DNA of 64,000 bases from the NCBI GenBank assembly GCA_023420115.1, contig JAEZWR010000036.1, positions 2,522-66,521 on the forward strand, read 5' to 3'. Both the position numbers and the translations under genes were made by a program. Positions 17,632-28,090 of this stretch are shown here, one piece after another. The stretch is from Bacillota bacterium. Lineage in GTDB: Bacteria > Bacillota > Clostridia > Saccharofermentanales > Fastidiosipilaceae. The first letter of the stretch is position 1. Every line of letters starts with the position of its first letter. Under the pieces are notes generated by a model. The model saw nothing but the letters and a program-made list of their open reading frames with translations. It searched no databases and had not been told where the DNA came from.

Positions 17632-19188
17632 ATGAATGAGCAATATTACGAACGACCGAATATACTTTTGATTGTTTCAGATGATCACGGGTATGGTGAT
17701 AGATCTTATTTAGGCTTAAATAGTGATGTTAATACACCAGGACTTGATAGTTTGGCTAAGGAGGGTATGAGTTTTAATAGAGCGTATGTGACTGCTCCAA
17801 TATGTTCTCCATCTAGGTCATCTCTAATTTGTGGATCTTACCAAGCTAGGTGGGGGTCGAAATGGTTCAATAGTTCTTCATTCCCACCTGAGAGTTTTGA
17901 TTTATTACCGGTCAAAATGAAAGAAGCGGGATATAGGACAGGATATTTCGGGAAAATTCATTATGGCAGAGATAATTATGGTGAAAGGAGCTGTCCGGAA
18001 CAGCATGGTTTCGATGAGTCTTTTTATGGTTTGGCTGCACTAAGTATGGGAAGACTTCATTATATGAAGCATGGTGACGAATATGTAAAAGAGTATGGTG
18101 ATGAATACAATCTCAGGCATGGTGTAGAGCCAATGGTTGAGAATGGCGAGAAAGTTTCTTGTCATACACATTTAAGTATTGAGTTTGCTAATAGAGCAAG
18201 TGAGTTCATGTTAAAAGAGGATGATAAACCTTTTTTCTGTATGCTTTGTTTCAATGCTGTTCATAATTTTTGTTGGCAATTACCTGATGATGATTTGGCC
18301 AGACATGCCTTGCCTAGGAGAGATGATTACAATCCAGATATAGACAAATATGTTGACTGGTATGATGGATCCATAAGACCCAATTTGGATTATGGAAGAG
18401 AATATTATTTGGCACAATTGGAGCTTATGGACAGGCAGATTTCTTCTATTATTGATAAATTAGAAGAGGCAGGTATTAGAGATAACACGTTAATTGTATA
18501 TATGACTGATAATGGGGGTTCACCTTGTAACTATGGTGATAATGGCAAGTTAGCAGGAAGTAAATATACCTTGTATGAGGGCGGAATTAGAGTTCCTATG
18601 ATTATTTCTAAACCGGGCTGGATTCCTAAAAATATTGAGTCTGATGCACTTGTTTCCTCACTGGATCTTATGCCTACATTTTTGGATTATGCCAATTATC
18701 AAGGTGACTTTTTTACAGATGGTAAATCATTGAGGCCGGTTCTTGAGCAGGCTGAAAATAGACAGCACGATTATTTATTCTTTGATAGTGGTTTTTCATG
18801 GGCGGTTGTAACACCTTTTGCTAAGCTTCAATATGTAGATGGCGATAATCCTCAGGTTCAAGCTATTGAGAATTTTGAGCATTGTAAGATGTCAAGAGAT
18901 TATAGTTTATATTTTGAGGAAAATGGCTTATTTAAAGAGAATGAAAGTGATAAGAATTTTTATATAGATACAGAAAAATATAAGGTGGAAATTCATTCTA
19001 ACAATAATACTGAAGTTGATACTCGGACAACAGTTGATGAGCTTTTTGAAAAATTTAGTAATGGGGAAAGAATCCGATTGGGTGAAACTACAATTAATAT
19101 TAATAGGATCGTACAAGAGCATTTATTAAATAAAAGAAAAGAGTTCATTGATTGTATTGCTTCTTGTAAAAGTTTAAAGGGATACTAA
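17632..19188 (+). CDS. sulfatase (Cys-type, formylglycine-dependent), apparently cytoplasmic
   Basis: LIVSDDHGYGD metal site, CSPSRSS (C-x-P-x-R) maturation motif, MTDNGGS. No signal peptide. GGGGGA RBS. Confidence 0.9.
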   Translation: MNEQYYERPNILLIVSDDHGYGDRSYLGLNSDVNTPGLDSLAKEGMSFNRAYVTAPICSPSRSSLICGSYQARWGSKWFNSSSFPPESFDLLPVKMKEAGYRTGYFGKIHYGRDNYGERSCPEQHGFDESFYGLAALSMGRLHYMKHGDEYVKEYGDEYNLRHGVEPMVENGEKVSCHTHLSIEFANRASEFMLKEDDKPFFCMLCFNAVHNFCWQLPDDDLARHALPRRDDYNPDIDKYVDWYDGSIRPNLDYGREYYLAQLELMDRQISSIIDKLEEAGIRDNTLIVYMTDNGGSPCNYGDNGKLAGSKYTLYEGGIRVPMIISKPGWIPKNIESDALVSSLDLMPTFLDYANYQGDFFTDGKSLRPVLEQAENRQHDYLFFDSGFSWAVVTPFAKLQYVDGDNPQVQAIENFEHCKMSRDYSLYFEENGLFKENESDKNFYIDTEKYKVEIHSNNNTEVDTRTTVDELFEKFSNGERIRLGETTININRIVQEHLLNKRKEFIDCIASCKSLKGY

Positions 19189-19318
19189 TTATAATTATCT
19201 TTTGTGAGAAAACTAAGTCTTATTTGGCGAAACAAATCAGTAATCTTAGTGATAAAATTAATAAATCGATTATTTAATTTTGTTATAGTAAACATACTAA
19301 ATAAAAGGGGAATGTATT

Positions 19319-20371
19319 ATGTTTAAATTTAAAAGATTTACGTCGACCTTAGTTCTTAGCTCTCTAAGCTTGAGTCTATTATTGTTTTCTAATACTAGTT
19401 TTGCTACAGAGAACGCGGATAATAACAATAGTTCTCATTATATCGTCTCTGATTTGGACGATCATATTAATCCACTTAAAGGGACTAAGAATGAAGCGGG
19501 AACATGGAAAGATAATCCAATTATTGCAGTGATGCTAGACAATCATCCTGATGCCTTGCCTCAAGCTGGTTTAAGTCAGGCGGATCTAGTTTATGAAGAG
19601 AGAGTAGAGGGTTCATATACTAGACTTATGGCTATATTCAACAGTGAACGCCCTGCACTTATTGGTCCCATTCGCTCGACTAGATTGAATTTTCTCCAGA
19701 GAATGTTTGAATTAGAGGGAATAATCACAAGAGTTGGTGGAAGTTATGAGGCCGATAACTATATTGCAGAGAACTCCGTCAAACAGATAGACGGAAGTAG
19801 TGTCGGTTCTGATGTTATGTGGAGATATAACGATACAGGTAAGTTTGCTCCTCATAATATGTATGCTAGTTATGAGAGTCTAAGTAATTATGCTAAGAGC
19901 ATTTATGAACAAGGTCTCAGTGAATCTCCATTTAAATTTAATGAGCAGGTTGATTATGGTGATTTGAGTACAGTATCTGCTAATAATATTAGTTTGAGTT
20001 ATGGTGGAGATAATAATGTTGAATATACATATGACTCAGAAAAAGATGCATATCTTAGAGCAAATAATGGTATTAGAACGATAGACGAAAATAATTCTGA
20101 ACAGGTTGAAATAAAGAATTTGATAGTTCAGTTCGCTGATTCTGAGGTCTATGATGATAATGGACATCAGAGAGTTCATCAGCTAGGTGAGGGAAAGGCT
20201 TATTTATTTAATGCTGGTAAAGTGATAGAGCTTAAGTGGAGTAAGGAGAATAGTTATGCCAAGACGGTATTTACGCTTGCTTCTACTGGCGAGGAATTGG
20301 AGCTTAAGCCAGGTTTAACTTGGATTAATGTTATAGAAGAGGGAACAGCTGGAACAAGCTTTTTTAATTAA
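19319..20371 (+). CDS. DUF3048 (YerB-like) secreted protein
   Basis: Signal peptide. PIIAVMLDNHPDALPQAGLSQADLVYEERVEG resembles the YerB family core. Confidence 0.7.
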   Translation: MFKFKRFTSTLVLSSLSLSLLLFSNTSFATENADNNNSSHYIVSDLDDHINPLKGTKNEAGTWKDNPIIAVMLDNHPDALPQAGLSQADLVYEERVEGSYTRLMAIFNSERPALIGPIRSTRLNFLQRMFELEGIITRVGGSYEADNYIAENSVKQIDGSSVGSDVMWRYNDTGKFAPHNMYASYESLSNYAKSIYEQGLSESPFKFNEQVDYGDLSTVSANNISLSYGGDNNVEYTYDSEKDAYLRANNGIRTIDENNSEQVEIKNLIVQFADSEVYDDNGHQRVHQLGEGKAYLFNAGKVIELKWSKENSYAKTVFTLASTGEELELKPGLTWINVIEEGTAGTSFFN

Positions 20372-20443
20372 CTGTGCAAGAAGCTTTTGTATTACTTTAT
20401 ATTAATATCATTTTAAATTAATGGTATTTTAAAATGGAGATAG

Positions 20444-20480
20444 AAACTCCCAATTCTCTAAGGAAAAGGGAGTTTTTATT
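20444..20480 (+). terminator. intrinsic terminator
   Basis: aaactccc / gggagttt stem followed by a T-run. Confidence 0.6.
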
Positions 20481-20569
20481 TACTCTTTAAATAAATTTTT
20501 CAAGAAAATATTAATTGACTTTGTAGTTATCAGTTGTCTTATTTTGTGAAAAAGTAAAAATTAATAATA

Positions 20570-22042
20570 TTAATCCTTGGGAGTACCAAGGTGTGCTTCA
20601 AAATCGGAAAAGTCATATTTTTTGACTAAATTGATTTTGTCTTGACTGAGTGTATAGATATCTGGGTGAATCATTCCATTAAAATGATTTGATTTAACGA
20701 AGCTATATAGAGCCATATCACAGAAAATAATTCGATCATTTTTTTGTAGCTTTCTTTTGAAGCAGTAATAGCCAAAATAATCGCCTGCTAGGCAGCTAGG
20801 TCCCCCTAGACGATAACGGAATTGAGAAGAGTTTATATTTTCATCTATATCTTCCGGAGAAAGTTCATAATCTTGTTCGGACTTTGATATATTGTTGTCG
20901 ATGTCGACTTTTAGCTGATTATCTTCATTAATATATCTATTATCAAGGAGAAAGGCTCTAGGTCTATAGGGCATTTCTAAAATATCTGGACAGTGGCATT
21001 CTGCAGAAGCATCAAGTATTGCAATCTCGTCTCCATTCTTAACAATATCTTGAACCTCGCTTACTAGCCAAGCACAATCAAGAACTACAGCCTCTCCTGG
21101 TTCGAAATATAAATTAATACCCTTAAATAGATTTTGAAATGATAATACTAGTTCAGCGAATAGTTCAATGTTATAGTCTTTATTAGTGAAATGATGCCCC
21201 CCACCTAAGTTTATCCAAGTGGCTTTTTCAAATAAAAAGGAAAACTTATCAATGGCGGCCTCTAATACTAGTGCGAGTGCATCGCTATTTTGCTCGCAGA
21301 GAGTGTGAATGTGGAAGCCAGAAATTACTGCTCTAGAATCTGAATTGTTAAATAGATAGTTTGCGAGTTCAGCTTGACTCATATCTTGCCCAGATGAATC
21401 CAATAGGGAACTTAAGGTAATACCAAGTCTAGATCCTTTGCTTGCTGGATCATAGATTTCAGTTTCACCTGTTGATTTTTCGGGATTAAGCCTGAGACCT
21501 ATCTTCGGAGCTACTTGTGGATCAAGCCCCTTTTCATTCTTAAGTAGCTGTCTATATAAGTCCAGTTGACTCATTGAATTAAAGATAATGTAATCTGCTC
21601 TATTATATAAATCCTTTAGCTCTTCATATTTAAAAGCCGCAGAAAATACGTGGATTTCTTTTCCTGGCATATGTTTATCTGCTAGACGAGCTTCATATAA
21701 ACCACTTGATGTAGTCCCTTTTAAATATCGACCTATTAAGGGATAGCTGTCAAAAAGACTATAGGCTTTTTGCGCTAGGATGATATTTATATTTAAAGCT
21801 TCAGCTAAGCTTTTTAGGTATTTTAGATTATCTTCTAGAAGATTGTAATCAATGAGAAATGATGGTGTTTCTAGTTTGTCAAAAGGTATTGTAATCGAGG
21901 CTGTGCGAGTTGATTGACTTTTGAGATTGCTAGGGAGTGGAAGCTTAGAACGAAGAGTTGCTAAATCTTTTTTATAATAGTCTCTTATATTTCTGAATTG
22001 CTCTGAATTTTTCATATTGGATCCTTTATCCTGTATTCTCAT
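20570..22042 (-). CDS. nspC: carboxynorspermidine/carboxyspermidine decarboxylase family
   Basis: PSFLIDYNLLEDNL, NLGGGHHF and GGPSCLAGD motifs of the NspC-type PLP decarboxylase. The start may instead be the second Met at 22015. Carries Asn/Asp-rich insertions. Confidence 0.85.
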   Translation of the reverse strand: MRIQDKGSNMKNSEQFRNIRDYYKKDLATLRSKLPLPSNLKSQSTRTASITIPFDKLETPSFLIDYNLLEDNLKYLKSLAEALNINIILAQKAYSLFDSYPLIGRYLKGTTSSGLYEARLADKHMPGKEIHVFSAAFKYEELKDLYNRADYIIFNSMSQLDLYRQLLKNEKGLDPQVAPKIGLRLNPEKSTGETEIYDPASKGSRLGITLSSLLDSSGQDMSQAELANYLFNNSDSRAVISGFHIHTLCEQNSDALALVLEAAIDKFSFLFEKATWINLGGGHHFTNKDYNIELFAELVLSFQNLFKGINLYFEPGEAVVLDCAWLVSEVQDIVKNGDEIAILDASAECHCPDILEMPYRPRAFLLDNRYINEDNQLKVDIDNNISKSEQDYELSPEDIDENINSSQFRYRLGGPSCLAGDYFGYYCFKRKLQKNDRIIFCDMALYSFVKSNHFNGMIHPDIYTLSQDKINLVKKYDFSDFEAHLGTPKD

Positions 22043-22087
22043 TAACCGACATAATTATAATTAAAAAACAATAATAGTATAAACGAA

Positions 22088-22138
22088 AAGCGAAAAATAA
22101 AATAAGACACACAGAATAGAAGTATATCTATGTGTCTT
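22088..22138 (-). terminator. hairpin plus U-rich tract between the dehydrogenase and decarboxylase genes
   Basis: aagacaca / tgtgtctt 8-bp stem. The - strand continues with attttattttt. Confidence 0.45.
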
Positions 22139-22188
22139 GATATTATTCTAATAAGATTTTATTTTGCTCCAAATTTATGGTTTGTTAG

Positions 22189-23388
22189 TTAGGGAACCAA
22201 TACAGGATTTTCATCTTCTTGATAGGGAAGACCAAATTTATTGAGCATTTCCATAAATGGATCTGGATCAAATTCTTCAACATTATATACACCTGGTTTT
22301 TTCCATTTACCTTGAAGTAGAAGAGAAGCACCTATCATAGCTGGAACACCAGTTGTATAAGAAACTGCCTGGGCACCTGTTTCCTTATAGCATTCTTGGT
22401 GGTCGCAGACATTAAAGATATAGTGAGTTCTTTCTTTTCCATCTTTAGTTCCTTGGAAGATGCAACCGATGTTAGTTTTTCCTTTTGTTCTAGGGCCGAG
22501 GCTAGCTGGATCTGGGAGGACTGCCTTTAGAAATTGTAGTGGAATTATTTCTTGACCATTGAAATTGATTGGTTCTATTGAAGTCATTCCAACATTCTCA
22601 AGACAACGAAGATGAGTAAGGTAACTCTGACCAAATGTCATAAAGAAGCGGATACGTTCAATTCCTTTAATATTTTGAGCTAAAGACTCTAATTCTTCGT
22701 GATATAGAAGATACATATCTTTTTTGCCAACTTCAGCAAAGTCATATTCTCTTTTGATTTCAAGTGGTTCTGTCTCAATGAACTCACCTTTTTCCCAGTA
22801 TCGTCCTTTGGCACTGACTTCTCGAATGTTAATTTCAGGATTGAAATTTGTTGCAAAGGGATAACCATGGTCTCCTCCATTACAATCCAAAATATCCAAG
22901 TATTTTATTTCATCAAAATAATGTTTAGCGGCATAGGCAGAGAATACTCCAGTTACACCAGGATCAAAGCCACAACCTAAAATAGCACAAAGTCCAGCTT
23001 CTTCAAATTTTTGGCGATATGCCCATTGCCACTTATATTCAAATTTAGCTGTATCTTTAGGTTCATAATTTGCAGTATCCAAATAATGGGTTCCACAGGC
23101 CAAACAAGCATCCATAATTGTCAAATCTTGATAAGGGAGAGCCAGATTCATAACTATTTCTGGTTTTTCTTCATTGATAAGTTTAATAAGTTCATCAACA
23201 TTATCGGCATCAACCTGCCTAGTGGTAATCTTGCAACCTTTACCATCCAATTTTTCTTTAAGTGCATCACAGCGAGACTTAGTTCTGCTTGCAATGCAAA
23301 GTTCAGTAAATACTTCTGAATTTTGTACACATTTGTGAGCCACTACCGATGCAACACCACCGGCACCAATCATTAATGCCTTTGCCAT
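22189..23388 (-). CDS. saccharopine-dehydrogenase-like carboxy(nor)spermidine dehydrogenase/synthase family
   Basis: 399 aa. N-terminal Rossmann motif IGAGGVASVVAHKC. Perfect AGGAGG RBS. Adjacent to nspC. Confidence 0.85.
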   Translation of the reverse strand: MAKALMIGAGGVASVVAHKCVQNSEVFTELCIASRTKSRCDALKEKLDGKGCKITTRQVDADNVDELIKLINEEKPEIVMNLALPYQDLTIMDACLACGTHYLDTANYEPKDTAKFEYKWQWAYRQKFEEAGLCAILGCGFDPGVTGVFSAYAAKHYFDEIKYLDILDCNGGDHGYPFATNFNPEINIREVSAKGRYWEKGEFIETEPLEIKREYDFAEVGKKDMYLLYHEELESLAQNIKGIERIRFFMTFGQSYLTHLRCLENVGMTSIEPINFNGQEIIPLQFLKAVLPDPASLGPRTKGKTNIGCIFQGTKDGKERTHYIFNVCDHQECYKETGAQAVSYTTGVPAMIGASLLLQGKWKKPGVYNVEEFDPDPFMEMLNKFGLPYQEDENPVLVP

Positions 23389-23505
23389 ATTTCCTCCTAA
23401 TTTTAATAAATTTATTTGTACAATAATTTTAAGATAATATTCTAGAGCTAATGATAGTATTCTTAAATATTCCTATCAAGATTAAAATGGATATCGTTAG
23501 TGGGA

Positions 23506-24375
23506 TTAGTGTCTGTTAGAAAAAATCAAGAGAAGCTCTCTCAAAATTTTACAGGCTGCTGCTGTGGATATTCCACTTTGATCATAGGGTGGCGAAAGTT
23601 CCATAATATCGAATGCTACAATATTTAAGCCACTAAGAACTGTAATTGCTTCTCTAAGTTCATTAAATGATACTCCACCTGGTTCAGGGGTTCCAGTACC
23701 AGGGAATACAGATGGATCTAAGACATCAAGATCCAATGTGAAATATACAGGCGTCTGCTTCTTTTTGAGATTTTCAGTTAGTTCTTTTAGGCCATCAAAA
23801 TTGAATTTATGAAGATCACTATGTGACTTTGCCCACTCAAATTCATCCTTTTCTCCTGAACGGATAGCAAACTGATGAAGCTTGCCATCTCCTATAAGCT
23901 CATGAGCTCTTCTCATTACGGAGGCGTGAGATAATTTTAGACCTAGGTAGTCATTCCTCAAGTCGGTATGGGCATCAAATTGAATTATTTCGAAATTTGG
24001 ATGGACTTTATTTATTGCGCGAAAAGCACCTAAGCTGAGACCGTGTTCACCGCCAATCATAAGAGGGATTTTTCCATCGTTAGCTATTTGATATACAAGA
24101 CTTTCAACTTGATCAAGGGTAGAAGAAATATCTCCCATTGGTAAATCTAAATCGCCATAATCACAAATTGAACAATCTGTAAGATCTAAATCGAGATAGG
24201 GGGAATAGGTTTCTAGACCTATAAATTCCTTTCTCATAAGTTGAGATGCGAAACGGGTGCCAGGTCTGAATGAGCAAGTACTGTCAAATGGAGCTCCAAA
24301 TAATACAATATTTGCATCATTGTAAGAGGCTTCAAGTCCCATAAAATTTTTACTCAACAATTCATAATCTTTCAT
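23506..24375 (-). CDS. speB: agmatinase-family ureohydrolase
   Basis: Mn-site motifs IGGEHG, FDAHTDL and TLDLDVLDP. Confidence 0.85.
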   Translation of the reverse strand: MKDYELLSKNFMGLEASYNDANIVLFGAPFDSTCSFRPGTRFASQLMRKEFIGLETYSPYLDLDLTDCSICDYGDLDLPMGDISSTLDQVESLVYQIANDGKIPLMIGGEHGLSLGAFRAINKVHPNFEIIQFDAHTDLRNDYLGLKLSHASVMRRAHELIGDGKLHQFAIRSGEKDEFEWAKSHSDLHKFNFDGLKELTENLKKKQTPVYFTLDLDVLDPSVFPGTGTPEPGGVSFNELREAITVLSGLNIVAFDIMELSPPYDQSGISTAAACKILRELLLIFSNRH

Positions 24376-24429
24376 ATACTAACCTCTAAATATTTGAGAA
24401 TTTAAAATCTATATTATAGATTAAAGAAA

Positions 24430-25287
24430 TTAATTTAAATTAAATACCTTCTTAGCATACTCTGGCAGAGAGAATGAGGCCCTATGGATATCATAACTAT
24501 AATACTGAGTTGATATACCTGCCATTTTTTCCTCTACACGAGAGTAATCTAAATTGGCAATAGGATCATACTTTTTGGATACAAAACCAAAAAACCATTG
24601 TCCTGCAGGGAATGTTGGAATATGTACTTGATACAATCTATTTATTGGGAAAAGGTCTCTGGTTTTAGCAAATGGTTTATCGGTGTTTTCATATAGTTGA
24701 GATGAAAATACACTTTCGTGCTGATTTATGAGAATTCCATCATTTCTCAAAGCATCATAGCAATTTCCATAGAATTCTTTTGTAAAGAGGCCCTCGCTAG
24801 CTCCATAAGGGTCAGTTGCGTCAACGATAATCAAATCGTATTGCTCATGGACATGTCTGACAAATTGTAGGGCATCCATAATGTGTACATTTACCTTGTC
24901 GCTAGAAAATGATTTTGATGTATTAGGAAAATAGGTTTTGACTGCATTTAAAATATTTTTATCCAACTCTATAAGATCGATTGATTCTATTGAACTGTGG
25001 CGAAGCAATTCGGTTAAAGTTCCTCCATTGCCAGCCCCTATCAAGAGAACATTTTTTATATTTGGATGAATAACCATTGGCACATGGGATATCATTTCAT
25101 GGTATATAAATTGATCTCTTTCTGTTAATATGACACAACCGTCAAGAGCTAAAATTCTTCCATATTCATAACTATCGAATATATCTATAGTCTGAAACTC
25201 GCTTGAAATTGTACAGAGTTCTTCCTTGATTCTTATATCGAGCTTCAAATTGGGACTATGATATTCACTAAACCATATTTCTCTCAT
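24430..25287 (-). CDS. speE: spermidine synthase-like aminopropyltransferase
   Basis: 285 aa. LIGAGNGGT and IIVDATDPYGASEGLFTKEFY motifs of the SpeE fold. Confidence 0.85.
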   Translation of the reverse strand: MREIWFSEYHSPNLKLDIRIKEELCTISSEFQTIDIFDSYEYGRILALDGCVILTERDQFIYHEMISHVPMVIHPNIKNVLLIGAGNGGTLTELLRHSSIESIDLIELDKNILNAVKTYFPNTSKSFSSDKVNVHIMDALQFVRHVHEQYDLIIVDATDPYGASEGLFTKEFYGNCYDALRNDGILINQHESVFSSQLYENTDKPFAKTRDLFPINRLYQVHIPTFPAGQWFFGFVSKKYDPIANLDYSRVEEKMAGISTQYYSYDIHRASFSLPEYAKKVFNLN

Positions 25288-25415
25288 TTTTAACCTCTTG
25301 AAACTATACTAATTGTATTAACTTATATTTGCACAAATATATTATTTATAAACCTATCACTAATAAATATTATAAAGAAAAGCAACTAGCAACTAGTTCT
25401 AGATATTCATTAAAG

Positions 25416-27104
25416 CTATTTAATAACTTTTATATATTTTAAACTTGGGTCTGATGAGCCAGTCATTGATGCGTGATGTTTTCTTGCACTATCAATATAA
25501 TTTAATACATCTTCTTTTATTCTTTCCCCAGGGGCGACAATCGGTATTCCGGGTGGATAACACATAACAAATTCTGCAGCAATACGCCCAGCGCTTTTTG
25601 AAAGTAAAATAGATTCTTTTTCAGAATAAAATGCTGTTTGCGGATCGATAACAGGCTCAGCTTCGATATATTCGGAAGGTAGCTTGTCAGCTTCATCTTT
25701 TCTTCTTAACCGTTTGATCTCACTTAGTGCTGATAGGAGTCTCTCGACATTAGCCGCTCTATCTCCAACTGATATTATGGCTAGAATATTTCCGAGGTCA
25801 CCAAATTCTATCTGAATTTTATACTCATCACGCAAGAGATCATAGACCTCAAGACCACTAAGACCTAGACTGCGGGTATGAATGGAAAGTTTACTTCTAT
25901 CAAATGCGAAAAAAGCGTCACCATCACAGAGCGAAGAAGAAAATGGAATATATGAACCTATGAATTCTAACTCACGTCTTGCATAGTCAGCCAAGTTTAT
26001 TATTTTGTCAAACATTTCTCCTCCGTGAAGGGCGAGATTTTTCCTTGCGATATCAAGTGATGACATGAGAAGATAAGAAGCAGAGGTTGTCTGATTCAAA
26101 TTTATAACTTGTGAAACATACGCAGGATCAGTATTTTTACCTAAGAGTAGCAAGGAACTTTGGGTTAGAGATCCACCAGTTTTATGCAGGCTAACAGCAG
26201 ACATATCTGCACCAGCTGCCATTGCACTAATCGGCATATTTTTGCCAAAATAAAAATGAGTTCCATGTGCTTCGTCCACTAAGACTTTAAGTCCATACTT
26301 GTGAGCAACTTTAACGATTGATTTTAAGTCAGCGCAGACACCATAATAAGTAGGGTTATTGACGAGAATGGCTTTGGCATCGGGGTTATTTTTAATTGCT
26401 AATTCGACATTATCCCTAGACATACCCAAGGGTATTCCCATTTCGTGATCTATTGATGGGTCGACATAGACTGGCATAGCCCCCGTCATAATGAGCGCAT
26501 TTATTGCACTTCTATGAACATTGCGTGGCATAATAATCTTTTCACCACGTTTGACAGTACTCATGATCATCGCCTGGATAGCACCAGATGTACCATTAAC
26601 CATAAAAAAAGAATGAGAAGCACCAAAAGCATCAGCTGCTAACTCCTGTGCTTCTTTAATAACGCTAACGGGGTGAATTAGATTGTCGAGAGGTTTCATG
26701 GAATTGACATCAACACTTAGACAACGCTGACCTAAGAATTCAGTTAATTCTGGATTCCCTTTTCCTTGTTTGTGACCGGGAACATCAAAAGATACTATTC
26801 GATTATTTCTATATTCTTCTAGTGCAGCATGGAGAGGGGACTTGGTTTGGTCAAGCTTGAAAATTTGACCAGCAAGACTTTGATATGCATATTTATCGTC
26901 TTTTGTTTCTGTTCCATTTGAACTATTGTTAGCGTCATAATGAAACAAAGCTCTTTTAGATGAGTTTTTTTGAGTAGTAGATATATAGTCTGCGGTGTTT
27001 GGTTCAGACTTAGTTCTGTCCTTGCTGCGATAATTTGTACCACGATTGATGCGCGCGACTTCAATTTCAGGTCTATTAACTCTTCTTGCCATTTCCCCAT
27101 CCAT
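25416..27104 (-). CDS. speA: Orn/Lys/Arg decarboxylase family (B. subtilis SpeA-type arginine decarboxylase)
   Basis: FDVPGHKQGKG and SLHKTGGSLTQSS (PLP lysine). About 85 aa of N-terminal low-complexity extension, or an unresolved start. Confidence 0.85.
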   Translation of the reverse strand: MDGEMARRVNRPEIEVARINRGTNYRSKDRTKSEPNTADYISTTQKNSSKRALFHYDANNSSNGTETKDDKYAYQSLAGQIFKLDQTKSPLHAALEEYRNNRIVSFDVPGHKQGKGNPELTEFLGQRCLSVDVNSMKPLDNLIHPVSVIKEAQELAADAFGASHSFFMVNGTSGAIQAMIMSTVKRGEKIIMPRNVHRSAINALIMTGAMPVYVDPSIDHEMGIPLGMSRDNVELAIKNNPDAKAILVNNPTYYGVCADLKSIVKVAHKYGLKVLVDEAHGTHFYFGKNMPISAMAAGADMSAVSLHKTGGSLTQSSLLLLGKNTDPAYVSQVINLNQTTSASYLLMSSLDIARKNLALHGGEMFDKIINLADYARRELEFIGSYIPFSSSLCDGDAFFAFDRSKLSIHTRSLGLSGLEVYDLLRDEYKIQIEFGDLGNILAIISVGDRAANVERLLSALSEIKRLRRKDEADKLPSEYIEAEPVIDPQTAFYSEKESILLSKSAGRIAAEFVMCYPPGIPIVAPGERIKEDVLNYIDSARKHHASMTGSSDPSLKYIKVIK

Positions 27105-27390
27105 AAACTAAATTTTATGGATATTCTAACATATTAAGAGATTCTACTTAAGATACTATGCTCTTATCATAGAGCGCTAAATATTAATAATGAGAATAAT
27201 GAGACCTGTTTGTATACATCGAACTTGATAAGCTATATTATATAGTACTAGGATATGTTGCATTTATTCTAATATAGTCATGGCTTTTAACTATTGGAAT
27301 ATAGGATACTTTGACTGTGCGACATTAGTAATTGGGAATTTTTACAGGTTTTTAGTTTTTTGATCAGAAAAGATAGAAAAGTGAAATAAG

Positions 27391-28089
27391 ATGGGTAAGA
27401 GAGAATTAGAGAGAAATAGTAAGGGGCATATTCTTAATTCGCAAGAGGGTAATGTAGACAATGTCGTTGTTAGTAAATATGATTTAAAAAAGCTTCCTAA
27501 GACAAAAGTTCTTATGCTTTTGTTTATTCATATGCTACAGATAAGTTGTTTCACTTTTGGCGGTGGTTTCGTTATAGTGAATTTTTTGAAGAAAAAATTT
27601 GTTGATGGTTTTCATTGGATAGATGAGGAAGAAATGATTGATTTGACAGCAATAGCGCAGGCTTCACCGGGAGCAATTGCTGTAAATGCCGCAATTTTGG
27701 TAGGCAGTCGAGTAGCTGGATTTTCTGGTATGTTTGTATCAGTGATAGCCATGATTTTACCCCCCTTGGTCATACTTTCTATAATTTCTTTTTTCTATAT
27801 ATCATTTTCGAAGAATATTTATTTTTCTATATTTTTATCAGGTATGCAGGCAGCTGTAGCAGCTATAATCTTGGACTTAGTGATTAGCTTATTTAAAAAT
27901 TTAAGAAAGTCAGGTACTTGGCAAACATATCTCATATTTGTTTTGAGTTTTGTTGCTACCTTTATTCTAAAAATTAATGTTATATATATAGTTATTGTTG
28001 GACTTATCTTAGGTTTTTCTAGGGCTATCTATTCACATTATACTGAGAAAAAATTAAGTTCTAAATCTGGAGAAAGGGAAGATAGATAA
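27391..28089 (+). CDS. chromate transporter (CHR) family protein, first of a short-chain pair
   Basis: FTFGGGFVIV and ASPGAIAVNAA motifs. Start uncertain. Confidence 0.8.
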   Translation: MGKRELERNSKGHILNSQEGNVDNVVVSKYDLKKLPKTKVLMLLFIHMLQISCFTFGGGFVIVNFLKKKFVDGFHWIDEEEMIDLTAIAQASPGAIAVNAAILVGSRVAGFSGMFVSVIAMILPPLVILSIISFFYISFSKNIYFSIFLSGMQAAVAAIILDLVISLFKNLRKSGTWQTYLIFVLSFVATFILKINVIYIVIVGLILGFSRAIYSHYTEKKLSSKSGEREDR

Positions 28090-28090
28090 A

